Notes under the pieces: generated by a model
What the model saw: only the letters and a program-made list of their open reading frames with translations
What the model was told of the DNA's origin: nothing
Databases searched by the model: none
Made by a program: the position numbers and the translations under genes
Shown here: piece by piece, positions 12,008-22,587 of the stretch
Position numbering within the stretch: the stretch's first letter is position 1
Layout of the letters: each line of letters starts with the position of its first letter
Origin: a candidate division FCPU426 bacterium
GTDB taxonomy: Bacteria; Oederibacteriota; Muellerivitia; Muellerivitales; Muellerivitaceae
Assembly (NCBI GenBank): GCA_963738405.1
Contig: CAVTWJ010000010.1
Span: forward strand, 1-64,000
DNA: 64,000 nt
Direction of reading: 5' to 3'

Positions 12008-15000
12008 ATGAATGCCAAATTTGCAAAACTTCTCAAACCGTCCCCGCGAAGTTATTCATCTAAACTTCGATGGGTTTCCTTTTATCTTTCTTGTTTTCTC
12101 CTCGTTCCCGCCGTTTCCTTCCCGCAGGTCGTAGGTTCCTCCCAGTATTTTCAAAATGATCCTCCGACCATCTATACGTCTATCGCCACGACCTACGGGC
12201 CCTTGTCGCCTGGAACGGGGAATTGCGGGTTTCCTTCCGGGGCCTATGACCCCAACTATTACGCCGCTATCATCTCAAATGATTACCAAAACGGAATAGC
12301 CTGCGGTGCTTGTATCGCGGTAACGGACACGGCAGTTGGGGGCGCGGCGGTCACGGTAATGGTTGTGGATAATTGCCCCAGCTGTTCGACCGCGAACCAG
12401 TTGGACTTAGGACCCACCGCCTGGAACACCCTGACGAATAACGCGATGCCGGGGATCGCCAACATCCAATGGAACTTCATCCCTTGCCCCACGAGCTTGA
12501 TGACGGGCGACCCGACCCACAACATCATTTACCAATGGAAATCGGGCTGCGGCAGCGGCTACGATCCCATTCAGTTCATGGACATGCTGGTTCCGATCAT
12601 AGGTGTGGGTTTCAGCACCAGCGCCAGTGGACCCTTTACGGCCTTGGTGATGGGGGCCAACGGCGTTGGCGGGGACGAATATTGGGGAACGCCCAGCGGC
12701 AATCTCAATGGCACCTTTGGGCCTTTTTATTTTGACGTGACAGCGGCGGAGGGCGGATCGGTGACGATCGGGCCTTTGAGTGTAGGGGCCTGCGGGGTAA
12801 CGAATGCGACGACCTTCCAATCATTTGGCGGCGGCCCCACGAACACACCGGGTCCTCCAACAGCCACTCCCACAATTACTAACACCCCGGCCCCCATGCC
12901 GACCAACATCGTTAATGGCGTCTCTTACTCCAATTGCAGTGTCAACCAACCTAGCGCGGTTTCCCAACAGCAAGAATTTCTAGCCCAAGGAACTGGGTTG
13001 GATTACACCATGGTGAGTGCCAATTGCGGCTCGGCCTTGACTGTCACCCTTCCACCCGGAGCCATTCCTGTGACCGGCTATCTTTATGTCGAATATCAAA
13101 ATGGAGGGGCTGATGTGGCTCCTAATACCACTGCGATAAACTTCAATGGATCCGGTACTGGGGCGGGTACTGCCGCTGGGGCGGTCTCATACGTTGGATG
13201 GATCCAGACTTGGTACAACATTCGTTACGCTATTAACCCTGGCGCCTTATCCAGCGCTGGACAGGCTACCTATACGGTGAATACAGGAGCCAATCCCGAT
13301 TCCTGCCAAGGGGTGGGACTCATGGTTCTATACAAAAACCCGGCGGAAACCACGAACAATGTGATCGATATCGCGGATGGGGAGTTCGCCTGGCATTACG
13401 AGGAAAATGGGCAAGTGGCCTATGGAACTCCTCCTTACGATACACGCATGAATTGGACCTGTTTGGGATTGAGCTGCGGAACGGCCCAGACCCGGTTTTC
13501 CGCCCTCGGCGGGGCTCAGCAATGCACGGGGGTACCGGATCAGTTCAGTGACATTATCGCCCAGTACGGTACGGGTCCCGGCAATGGGGGAGCCTACGGC
13601 CCCTGGAACGGCACGCCCATTTGGAGCGGGCCTCCGGGAGCTTTGAACTGTCAAAACGGTTCCAATGTGAACAAGCATGAGATCGTCAGGGATTACCGAC
13701 CGCCCCAAGGGGATTTCAACGACAACGGGCAGAGTTTCGAATGGGGTATGACCCTCAATGCCAATCCCGCAAAGAGCACCTATTGGCAGCAGGCTCTTAT
13801 TTCCCAATATATTTGCAACCCCGTGACGCAATGTTCGGTGACCAATAACTTCATGGGTGGCGCCACTTACAGCGGTCCGCCTCCGGGATGGATCGTCGGC
13901 CAAGCCCCTCCGGACCAGGGATCCTGGGTTCAAACCGCCAGCGGTGTTTCGTTCGTGGGCGGGGTTTACACCCAATGCCTTCAAGAAAACAATCAGTTAT
14001 TGAATACCCAGGTAGCAAGCGGGCCAGGGACCATGCAGGTGGAAGTTTGCCAAACCAGCCAGCAGGGCGGCGCGCCTACTGGAAACGAGGAAGGCATCGA
14101 GTGGGACATCAATCCCAGCACTGGCGCGGGCTATGGTTTGAATTTCAACGCCGATAACCCGAACAACGCGGATAGTTCCTTCACCTTCCTTATCTATGGT
14201 TCAGGGGGAACTACCATCAGCTCAACCACGGTAACCTTGCCGGCCCATAGCGCCTTGGCGGCCTGCCCGGCCTGGATCCAACTGATCATCAACGGTTCCA
14301 ACTTCCAGGTCTCGGTGGGGCCAACCCAGGGATCGAGTACCTGGACGCACACTTTCACCGATTCCACCTATTCAACAGGTTTGATGGGTCTGAGCGACTT
14401 TGGGTGTCCGGAATCGACTTTCGAGTATTTCCAATGGAACGGAGTCTGCACGATCCCAACACCCACCATAACCCCTACCAATACCCCCACCCCTACGCCT
14501 ACCAACACGCCCACCAACACCCCTACCCGAACCCCGACTCCCACACCAACCTATACCCCAACCCCTACGCCTACCATTACACCCACCAATACCTTTACCA
14601 TTACGCCGACCAATACCCCGACGAATACTCCGACTGTTACTTGGACCTACACCCCGACGGTGACACCCACCAACACTTTTACCCCAACGCCTACGCCAAC
14701 ACCCACCAATACCCCCACTGTGACATGGACCTATACACCTACAGTGACGCCCACTAACACGTTCACCCCGACTCCTACGCCTACGCCGACTAATACCTAC
14801 ACGGTTACCAACACACCTACACCCACAGTGACGCCCACCAACACCTTTACCCCTACACCCACCATTAGTCCCACGAATACGTTTACGATTACACCCACCA
14901 ATACCCCGACGAATACCCCTACCGTAACTTGGACCTATACACCTACCATTTCACCTACCAATACCTTCACCCGAACGCCTACCCCTACGCCGACTAATAC

Positions 15001-17035
15001 CTACACGGTTACCAACACGCCTACCCCCACAGTGACGCCTACCAACACCTTCACGCCAACGCCTACTTTCACCCCTACGAATACGCCAACTATAACCAAT
15101 ACTCCGACACCGACGGTTACACCCACAAATACATTCACACATACACCGACCATCAGCCCTACCAATACATTTACCATCACCCCAACGAATACCCTCACCA
15201 ATACCTACACCATTACAAACACCCCCACACTCACAGTTACCCCTACCGATACCTTCACGGTCACTCCTACTCGAACTCCAACGAACACCTATACTATTAC
15301 GAATACTCCCACACCGACAGTCACCCCTACGGATACATTTACGGTTACTCCAACCATTAGCCCCACGAACACCTTTACGATTACCTTAACTCGCACCCAA
15401 ACGAACACCAATACCATTACCAATACCCCAACTCCCACGGTTACACCCACCAACACATTTACACCTACAGCGACATTCACGCCTACGAATACACCCACCC
15501 AAACCCTTACCGCCACGCCCACCAATGCTTGGACGGCAACTTATACCAAAACTCCCACGACGACCTACACGGTCACGCCAACCTTTACGCCCAGCACAAC
15601 CCCAACCCGAACCTATACCTTTACGATGACCTTTACCCCCACCACCACCCCGACCGCCACAACCACCTTTACCTTTACCAACACCCCCACCCCCACCTTC
15701 AGCCCGACGGCTACCCTGACCCCCACGGCGACCTTTACGCCCACGCCCAACATCAATATCGCCAAGATGGTCTCCGAATCGGTTGGTAATTCAGGCGATA
15801 TCGTGACCTACACGATTCTCCTTTCACCGACCTTTGGGCAGGCCGACTCGGTGGCGGTGACAGACGTGCTTCCCAACTACATTTCATTCGTGAGCTTTGG
15901 ACCCGTACCTGCGGGGGTCAATGTACCGACGTTCACCAATAACACGTTGGTTTGGACCCTGGCGACCATGCCGGCAAGCCCTGTTACCCTGACCTTCCAG
16001 GCCCAATTGGCCTCCTATGTGCCCCAGGGAAGCAGCATTACCAACACCGCGCAATTAACCTATTCGGGACTCGGTAGTCCCAAGCAGGCCTCGGCGCAGA
16101 TGACCATGGCGACAACTTATAAAGTGCATATCGGGGTTTATAACGAGGCTGGGGAACTGATCAAAGACATTTATATTCAGGAACTGTCGCAGGAAGTCAC
16201 GAATTTCAACATTCTCCAACAGCCGACTATCACGACCCTGAACGGGAAGGTGTATGTGGAAGTGAACGGACAGGCCATTGCCAGCTGGGACGGCACCAAC
16301 CAGCAAGGGGCGCCGGTGCAAAACGGGTCCTATTATGTGAAGCTGGATAACACCGATCCCTTTGGTGTGACTTCGACGGTAACCCAGGTGGTGACGGTCA
16401 ACCGCCATTTGGCCGAGGTGCAGGTGAATGTCTTCAATGAGGCGGGTGAAATTGTGCGCCACCTGACGAGTTACGTGGCCGATTCCGGAGCTTTTAGCGT
16501 CAATAACGTGAATCTTTCAAGCTCGGTGATACAGCCGACAACGGATACAACCCCGACGGAGGGCAACACGAACATCGTATTGGTTAACTTGGGGAGTGGT
16601 CAGGCGGTGACCTGGGATGGGACAGATGATCAGGGTGCGATTGTGACGAACGGCCATTACGATTTGGAGATCCATTACGAGGATGGCGGGGGCGGGGACC
16701 AGGTGGTGACCAGGGGATTGCTGGTAGAGACGACGGGGTCTACCCATCCGAATAATGTGGTCTATGCCATGCCAAACATGATGAACTGGAATACCGGCTA
16801 CCAAACCATTTTTGCCGTGAGCTCAACCGAGGTTTATACGATGAGGGTGAAGGTTTACGACATCGCCGGGGAGTTGATCAAGGATGTTCCGGTGGTGCCC
16901 AATGGTCAGGAAAACCAGGTGAAGGCTGACTTCTCAAACGTGGCTAGCGGTGTCTATTTAGGACTTGTGGAGCTGATCAACAACACGGGCGGGGTGGAAA
17001 AGCGTCAGGCCCTTAAAATCGTGGTTGTTCATTAA
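12008..17035 (+). CDS. Giant expansin-like / DUF3344-like / lectin-like / Thr-Pro stalk / DUF11 / FlgD-like surface protein, paralog 3 (intact, 1675 aa)
   Basis: Signal peptide, expansin D1 motifs ([35 protein letters not shown]), TPT stalk, C-terminal Ig modules. Confidence 0.85.
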   Translation: MNAKFAKLLKPSPRSYSSKLRWVSFYLSCFLLVPAVSFPQVVGSSQYFQNDPPTIYTSIATTYGPLSPGTGNCGFPSGAYDPNYYAAIISNDYQNGIACGACIAVTDTAVGGAAVTVMVVDNCPSCSTANQLDLGPTAWNTLTNNAMPGIANIQWNFIPCPTSLMTGDPTHNIIYQWKSGCGSGYDPIQFMDMLVPIIGVGFSTSASGPFTALVMGANGVGGDEYWGTPSGNLNGTFGPFYFDVTAAEGGSVTIGPLSVGACGVTNATTFQSFGGGPTNTPGPPTATPTITNTPAPMPTNIVNGVSYSNCSVNQPSAVSQQQEFLAQGTGLDYTMVSANCGSALTVTLPPGAIPVTGYLYVEYQNGGADVAPNTTAINFNGSGTGAGTAAGAVSYVGWIQTWYNIRYAINPGALSSAGQATYTVNTGANPDSCQGVGLMVLYKNPAETTNNVIDIADGEFAWHYEENGQVAYGTPPYDTRMNWTCLGLSCGTAQTRFSALGGAQQCTGVPDQFSDIIAQYGTGPGNGGAYGPWNGTPIWSGPPGALNCQNGSNVNKHEIVRDYRPPQGDFNDNGQSFEWGMTLNANPAKSTYWQQALISQYICNPVTQCSVTNNFMGGATYSGPPPGWIVGQAPPDQGSWVQTASGVSFVGGVYTQCLQENNQLLNTQVASGPGTMQVEVCQTSQQGGAPTGNEEGIEWDINPSTGAGYGLNFNADNPNNADSSFTFLIYGSGGTTISSTTVTLPAHSALAACPAWIQLIINGSNFQVSVGPTQGSSTWTHTFTDSTYSTGLMGLSDFGCPESTFEYFQWNGVCTIPTPTITPTNTPTPTPTNTPTNTPTRTPTPTPTYTPTPTPTITPTNTFTITPTNTPTNTPTVTWTYTPTVTPTNTFTPTPTPTPTNTPTVTWTYTPTVTPTNTFTPTPTPTPTNTYTVTNTPTPTVTPTNTFTPTPTISPTNTFTITPTNTPTNTPTVTWTYTPTISPTNTFTRTPTPTPTNTYTVTNTPTPTVTPTNTFTPTPTFTPTNTPTITNTPTPTVTPTNTFTHTPTISPTNTFTITPTNTLTNTYTITNTPTLTVTPTDTFTVTPTRTPTNTYTITNTPTPTVTPTDTFTVTPTISPTNTFTITLTRTQTNTNTITNTPTPTVTPTNTFTPTATFTPTNTPTQTLTATPTNAWTATYTKTPTTTYTVTPTFTPSTTPTRTYTFTMTFTPTTTPTATTTFTFTNTPTPTFSPTATLTPTATFTPTPNINIAKMVSESVGNSGDIVTYTILLSPTFGQADSVAVTDVLPNYISFVSFGPVPAGVNVPTFTNNTLVWTLATMPASPVTLTFQAQLASYVPQGSSITNTAQLTYSGLGSPKQASAQMTMATTYKVHIGVYNEAGELIKDIYIQELSQEVTNFNILQQPTITTLNGKVYVEVNGQAIASWDGTNQQGAPVQNGSYYVKLDNTDPFGVTSTVTQVVTVNRHLAEVQVNVFNEAGEIVRHLTSYVADSGAFSVNNVNLSSSVIQPTTDTTPTEGNTNIVLVNLGSGQAVTWDGTDDQGAIVTNGHYDLEIHYEDGGGGDQVVTRGLLVETTGSTHPNNVVYAMPNMMNWNTGYQTIFAVSSTEVYTMRVKVYDIAGELIKDVPVVPNGQENQVKADFSNVASGVYLGLVELINNTGGVEKRQALKIVVVH
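14450..15750 (+). repeat. Low-complexity Thr-Pro coding repeat
   Basis: ~430 aa of TPTNTFT/TPTVTPT units. Confidence 0.9.
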
Positions 17036-17111
17036 TCCCCAAACCTCTTTTTCCTTCTTTTCGATATAATCCCTTGTCTATTTCTTAAGTCCTATCTTTT
17101 GGGAGCCTCAC

Positions 17112-18077
17112 TTGTTCCGTTCCTTGGCCTTGGGCTTTTTATTGTTCTTTCTATCGGGTTTCCAGATTGTTCAAGGGGAAACCGCAACCACCCCCTCCGC
17201 AACCGCAGAAATTCCTTCTCCCATCGATGCTCAGCGAGCCTCTTTATTAGGGTTGGTCAATGTTCAGGTCTATTCCCAAAAGGGAGATTTGATTTCTAAC
17301 CCTGATTTGATGGAAAGGTTTGGTGGTCTGCGCGATGAGGAGATCACCCGCTTATTGCATACATCTCAAACTTCATCGGATATTGGCCAATGGTGTGATG
17401 GGTTCGGGTGGGGCTTCGGGGCTGTGGGAGCGGGATTTCTGCTGGCCGGTACCAATGATTCGGGAACGAACAATATAGGGGTAGGGTTTTTGTTGGGCGG
17501 TTTGGGCCTTAAATTGGCGGGGAATCTATTAGTCGATCAATCCAACAGCTCTCTTTTTAACGCGGTGGAAAGGTACAATCAGATTTATTGGGGGGAAACT
17601 ACCGATTTTCCCTCAACGAAGTACGCCAAGGGGTTAAACCCCATTCACACTCATTTTTCCACCTTGAACGGCTTTGAATATGAATGCGATGGCAAGAGGC
17701 TGGGTGGAGCGGAAGATTTTAAACCCCTCTTTGACGCGGCCAATGACCATGAAGTTCAGCGTCTTTTTAACAATTCCGAAGGGGCGGGTACCCTCGGAAG
17801 CGTTTTGGAGGTGACAGGGGGGGGAGGGTGCCTGGGAACTGTTGTGGGGTACCTTTCGTCGTCCAATTCGGGCGATAAAACAGCCTATGCTTGGGGTTTT
17901 GCCTCAAGCGCGGTGGCGGCTTTGGTAGGGGACCTGTTCCTGAAGGGGGCGGAATCATCCAAATTTAACGCCGTCCAAAGGTACAACCGTTTCGCCAGAG
18001 GCCAGGAGGCGGTGCTTCCCAAAGAACCTGAAAATGAAAAAGATTTGTTAAATTTTGGGGCTCCTGTCCCCAAGTAA
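17112..18077 (+). CDS. Hypothetical secreted/membrane protein with two internal repeats
   Basis: Signal peptide and a duplicated module ending SSLFNAVERYN / SSKFNAVQRYN. Confidence 0.7.
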   Translation: MFRSLALGFLLFFLSGFQIVQGETATTPSATAEIPSPIDAQRASLLGLVNVQVYSQKGDLISNPDLMERFGGLRDEEITRLLHTSQTSSDIGQWCDGFGWGFGAVGAGFLLAGTNDSGTNNIGVGFLLGGLGLKLAGNLLVDQSNSSLFNAVERYNQIYWGETTDFPSTKYAKGLNPIHTHFSTLNGFEYECDGKRLGGAEDFKPLFDAANDHEVQRLFNNSEGAGTLGSVLEVTGGGGCLGTVVGYLSSSNSGDKTAYAWGFASSAVAALVGDLFLKGAESSKFNAVQRYNRFARGQEAVLPKEPENEKDLLNFGAPVPK

Positions 18078-18601
18078 CCTCAAAATCCGATAAGTAGCCC
18101 CGAAACCTCAATAAAAGGTTGAAAGAATCGGCCAAAAGCGGGATATTGGTAAAGGTCTTAAAGATTCAATTGGTTAAGTGCATTGCCCGTTAATGGTTAT
18201 GCGGTAGGAATGAACCCCAACACCCCAGTTTTGAATGACTTTTAAGAATGATTTTTTGAGAATCCGGGCGGTTACTTTTTAATTATCCAATTAAGGGTTT
18301 TAGCATGATTCGAATGTTGGGGGTTCAATGAGAACCCTGGGTTTGACTGTGGACTTTCCGAATAGGGTAGGATTTTCTTCACTAAGTTCCTCGCCAATAT
18401 CCGTTCCCGCCTTTTTCTCTTTTTTAAAGGATTTAGGGTCCCGCGAAACATTCAACAATCCCAATTTCCATAGTCGACAGATGGTTAAAATTGGCTGGGT
18501 TTAACGAAAACACGGACTTGGTCGTACAGTAAGCCTAAGAAGTGACGCAAAAATGTTTGAAAAGAACATCTGGTAATACCATTTGAAGGAAGGGAAAGAA
18601 A

Positions 18602-19438
18602 ATGACAGAGACACCTACCATTCAAGGCGGAAAAAAGGCTGAAGAACAGCCCGATGTCCTCCAAAAGCCGAATGCAAAAACCTGGGATGGACTGTCCCGA
18701 ATGGCTTTCGCGGCCGATTGGAACCCGGAAAGCGCCATTGACTGGAACCACCCCATCGAATTGGGGGGAATCAAGGAAGGCTGGATCAACATCCTCCACT
18801 ACTTTTATGAAGGGGAATGGCAGGGTTTAGAGATCATCCAACGTCTCATGAACAAGGCTGCCCACCTGTACAAGCTCAACGACATGGTGACTTATTACTC
18901 AACCCAATGCTACGACGAATCCAAGCACCTTTTTGTGTTCCGCAAATACCTCTATAAACTCAATTCTCCCCCGGCCAAGCAAAAGGCCTTTGACCTGCTC
19001 GTGGCCCTTTCCACCAACGGCCCCTTTGCGGTAGAACGCTGGATCTTAGCTACCTATTTCACCGAAACCATGGCGGGAGCTATTTTTCAGCGGTCTCTCG
19101 AGTTGGAAGCCATCGATGCCACCGGCAAAGAAATGATCAAGTTGATGCTTAAAGATGAATCCCGCCATATTGCTGGAACCCGGTTGGGTGTTCAAACCCT
19201 GATGGATCACGCCGGGCCCATCAAAACCATGCTTTTGAAATGGTGGTGGGGTGTGTTTGCGCGGCTGGCTGTTTCCGAAATACGCCGGTTGAAACCCTAC
19301 GGCGATCAAGTGGGGATGGATACCGAATATATCATTCAGAAAACCTACGCGAAAATGGCGGAGATGGATGAATTCCAAAAGAAGTTTTTAAGTGATGATT
19401 TGTCAAAGGGTTTTTTAGGAGTTAAGGCTGTCGCTTAG
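18602..19438 (+). CDS. Ferritin-like di-iron protein (AurF-like)
   Basis: Paired E...DExxH motifs: YEGE, DESKH, TETM, DESRH. Confidence 0.7.
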   Translation: MTETPTIQGGKKAEEQPDVLQKPNAKTWDGLSRMAFAADWNPESAIDWNHPIELGGIKEGWINILHYFYEGEWQGLEIIQRLMNKAAHLYKLNDMVTYYSTQCYDESKHLFVFRKYLYKLNSPPAKQKAFDLLVALSTNGPFAVERWILATYFTETMAGAIFQRSLELEAIDATGKEMIKLMLKDESRHIAGTRLGVQTLMDHAGPIKTMLLKWWWGVFARLAVSEIRRLKPYGDQVGMDTEYIIQKTYAKMAEMDEFQKKFLSDDLSKGFLGVKAVA

Positions 19439-19462
19439 GTCTAATAGAAGAAAGGGAAGCTT

Positions 19463-20137
19463 ATGGGAAAACGTCTTTATGTAGGCAGTCTGCCGTTTCA
19501 AACCACCGAGCCGCAATTGGCGGAAATGTTCGCTGCCTGCGGAACGGTGGCCAGCGCGAAGATTATTACGGACAAGCTGACGGGACGGTCCAAGGGTTTC
19601 GGATTCGTGGAAATGAGTTCGGATACTGAGGCCGACGCGGCGAAGGAAAAGATGAACGGTTTCGCCATCGGGGACCGAAAGATCGTGGTCAATGAAGCCA
19701 GGCCCATGGAAGAACGCAAATCCGGCGCTCCCTCCAACGGAAACGGCGGCCACCGGCGCGGACCAGGCGGCCCGCCCAGCGGTCCCAACGGCAATAATTT
19801 TTCGACCCCCAGAAGTAATTCCTATGGCCAACCCCGTCAAAACAGCTGGGGCGGCGGTAACGGGGGGCACCGTTCCGGCACCGGCCAGGGCGAATCCCGT
19901 GGTCCCTACAATCCCAACCGCAACGGTGGGGGGGGATATCGTGACGCCAATAAAACCGGCGGTTACCAAGGCGGTTTCAGGGATAACGGCGGTTTCAACA
20001 GTCGCGGCGACGCTGGTTTTGGCGCCCGCAGGGACGCCGGACGGCGCAGAAGCTGGGGCGATCAAGATAGCCGTCGTCAGGGCCAGGGCGGGGGCGCGAA
20101 CCGTCCTCCCATGGACGACAATTTCGGAAACCGCTGA
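19463..20137 (+). CDS. RRM RNA-binding protein with Gly/Arg/Asn-rich disordered tail
   Basis: RNP2 LYVGSL, RNP1 KGFGFVEM, VNEARP. Confidence 0.9.
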   Translation: MGKRLYVGSLPFQTTEPQLAEMFAACGTVASAKIITDKLTGRSKGFGFVEMSSDTEADAAKEKMNGFAIGDRKIVVNEARPMEERKSGAPSNGNGGHRRGPGGPPSGPNGNNFSTPRSNSYGQPRQNSWGGGNGGHRSGTGQGESRGPYNPNRNGGGGYRDANKTGGYQGGFRDNGGFNSRGDAGFGARRDAGRRRSWGDQDSRRQGQGGGANRPPMDDNFGNR

Positions 20138-20361
20138 TCCACCACCGATTCAAAAAAATAATTTTCAGCCACGGATACATTGGATTAACCGCCGCCAAAA
20201 AAGATTTTAAAGGCCAATGTTTTAGTAGTTAGGTGTAAGTCTTAATTCTCAAATGTTTTTATTTTAATCTCATGCATCCCATGAATCTGTGGCCAATTTT
20301 CTTGTTTCTGGTTTTCGGCACTCTACAAATCTTGTTCACTTGAAAGAGGAGAACCTCTCCA

Positions 20362-22014
20362 TTGGAAAAATTATCCTTTATCCCCCTGGGGGGATTGGGC
20401 GAAATAGGCAAAAACATGGCCCTGCTGGAATATGGCAACCATGCGGTCATGATCGACGCGGGATTGATGTTTCCAGACGACCGGCATCCGGGCGTGGATT
20501 ACATCATTCCCGATTTCAATTTTCTCGCCGAAAAGCCTGGTTATCTATTGGGGGTCTTGCTTACCCACGGCCATGAAGACCATATCGGCGCCGTGCCTTA
20601 CCTGCTTCAAAAATTAAACGTTCCTATTTACGGCACCAAACTGACATTAGGGTTCGTGAAGGCCAAATTGGAGGAATTCAAGCTTCCCCAGGCGCCCCAA
20701 TTGATCGAGGCGGACCCGAAGAAGCCCATCACCTTGGGTGATTTCCTGATCGAATTTATCCGGGTTACCCACAGCATCGTGGATGGCTGCGGCTTAGCTA
20801 TCACCACCCCCCGGGGCGTGGTGGTGCATACAGGGGATTTCAAGATCGACCCGACCCCCATCGACGGGGTTCCTATCGACCTGAACAAATTCGCCGATTA
20901 CGGCACCAAGGGCGTGTTGTTATTGCTTTCAGACTCCACCAACGTCGAAAGGGAAGGCTATACCCTTTCTGAAAAGGTGGTGGGTGAGGAATTTGACCGC
21001 ATTTTCCCCAAGGCCAAGCGCCGCATCATCGTGGCTTGCTTCGCCAGCAACATCCACCGGGTTCAGCAGGTCATCGAGTCGGCCAAAAAGGTGGGGCGCA
21101 AGGTCTGCATCATGGGCCGAAGCATGGTGCGCAATACCCAAGTGGCTAGGGACCTGGGCTTTATGCATGTTCCTTCCAACTTGTTGATCGCCCCCGATAA
21201 CCTAAAGGGTATGGACCCCAAGGAAGTGGTCATCGTCACTACCGGAAGCCAGGGGGAGCCCATGTCTAGCGTCACCCGCATGGCCATGGGGGACCATAAG
21301 CAAATATCCCTCCAGCCGGACGATTTGGTCCTCCTCTCAGCCCGCACCATCCCCGGAAACGAACGGGCCATCTCCAATATCATCAACCTTCTCTACCGCA
21401 AAGGCGCTGAGGTGCTTTATGAGGCCGTTTCCGAAATTCACGTTTCGGGCCACGCCTGCCGGGAAGAACAAAAGATTATGCTGGCCCTGGTAAAACCCAA
21501 GTATTTCGCCCCCGTCCATGGGGAATACCGCCATTTGGTGCTGCATGCCCGCTTGGCCGAGGAGGTCGGCGTGTCGCCGGACAATACCTTCGTGTTGGAA
21601 AACGGTGAAAAGCTGGTTTTTGAGGAAACCGAAGTTCAAATCGAGAAGGAATCTGAGGGCGGGACCATCCTGGTGGATGGCAAAAGCCTATCCGATGTGG
21701 GAGATGTGGTCTTGCGCGACCGGCTTCACCTTTCCCAAGACGGGGTAGTGGTGGCCATGATTACCGTGAACGTTCAAGAGGGGGCCATTGTCGGCGGGCC
21801 GGATCTGGTGACCCGCGGTTTTACTGAAAGCCTTTCCGAACAACTGATGAAAGATGCCAAAGAAGTCGTGAAAAAGGCCCTGGAAGGCGAAGTGCACGAG
21901 AAGGTGAATGATTGGGGATCAGTGAAAGAAATCATGCGTAAATCCCTGCAAAAATTCTTTTCAACCCAGTCCAACCGTCGGCCGATGATATTGCCGGTTG
22001 TGATGGAGATATAA
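20362..22014 (+). CDS. rnj: Ribonuclease J
   Basis: LGGLGEIGKN, THGHEDHIG, TGDFK, HVSGH, PVHGEYRH, RRPMILP. Confidence 0.95.
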   Translation: MEKLSFIPLGGLGEIGKNMALLEYGNHAVMIDAGLMFPDDRHPGVDYIIPDFNFLAEKPGYLLGVLLTHGHEDHIGAVPYLLQKLNVPIYGTKLTLGFVKAKLEEFKLPQAPQLIEADPKKPITLGDFLIEFIRVTHSIVDGCGLAITTPRGVVVHTGDFKIDPTPIDGVPIDLNKFADYGTKGVLLLLSDSTNVEREGYTLSEKVVGEEFDRIFPKAKRRIIVACFASNIHRVQQVIESAKKVGRKVCIMGRSMVRNTQVARDLGFMHVPSNLLIAPDNLKGMDPKEVVIVTTGSQGEPMSSVTRMAMGDHKQISLQPDDLVLLSARTIPGNERAISNIINLLYRKGAEVLYEAVSEIHVSGHACREEQKIMLALVKPKYFAPVHGEYRHLVLHARLAEEVGVSPDNTFVLENGEKLVFEETEVQIEKESEGGTILVDGKSLSDVGDVVLRDRLHLSQDGVVVAMITVNVQEGAIVGGPDLVTRGFTESLSEQLMKDAKEVVKKALEGEVHEKVNDWGSVKEIMRKSLQKFFSTQSNRRPMILPVVMEI

Positions 22015-22036
22015 CTATTTTGAGTGGAAGTTCATA

Positions 22037-22570
22037 TTGAAACGCAAAACGGAAAATATAACGAAGGAAATGTTACGGTTTAAAGAAGCAACAAGACATA
22101 TTTGGAATACATATTTAGCGACTGAAAATCCTGATCTAATGTTAGAAAATCAACTTTCTTTTGAATTGATTGAACGCGAATTATTACGTTCGATAGTATT
22201 GGCTCCGCGCGAGGCCCAATTGGCCGCAGATAACTACCGAGGGAAACCTATTCGTCAAATTCTTGTTCGGCCCGGGCCGAATTTGATTGATATACCTATT
22301 CAATTCGGAAATCGAGATCAAAACCATAACATGGTGTGGCATCAAGAAAAAAATATTTCCGCAAAACACTTTCCGAAATTTTATTTCCTTGAATTCTTCG
22401 ATTGGAATCCATATGGGCCAATAGATTTGAAGCAAATCAAGGTAAAAGAGGCTAACACGGGACGGGTCGCTTTAATCAATCAGAGTTATTGTGAATTTGT
22501 TTTTCATCAAAGTGTTGAGGATAAAAGTAAGAATCGAAAATATCGTCCTAAAAGATATTTTCAAAAATAA
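22037..22570 (+). CDS. Hypothetical protein (AT-rich)
   Basis: 177-aa ORF filling the gap between rnj and trxB. Confidence 0.6.
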   Translation: MKRKTENITKEMLRFKEATRHIWNTYLATENPDLMLENQLSFELIERELLRSIVLAPREAQLAADNYRGKPIRQILVRPGPNLIDIPIQFGNRDQNHNMVWHQEKNISAKHFPKFYFLEFFDWNPYGPIDLKQIKVKEANTGRVALINQSYCEFVFHQSVEDKSKNRKYRPKRYFQK

Positions 22571-22587
22571 GTCATCTTGCCAACTTT

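Noticed and set aside
1..17035. Diversity-generating retroelement among the paralog repeats
   Set aside because: No reverse transcriptase in the window, and the differences are mostly synonymous rather than adenine-specific.
18540..18580. c-di-GMP-I riboswitch (GACGCAAA)
   Set aside because: No GGCAAAC/GAAA P2 stem or downstream P3 consensus.
19415..20210. Long overlapping ORFs 19415-20065(-) and 19692-20210(+)
   Set aside because: They are alternate frames of the GC-rich RRM tail; the RRM frame carries the clear motifs.
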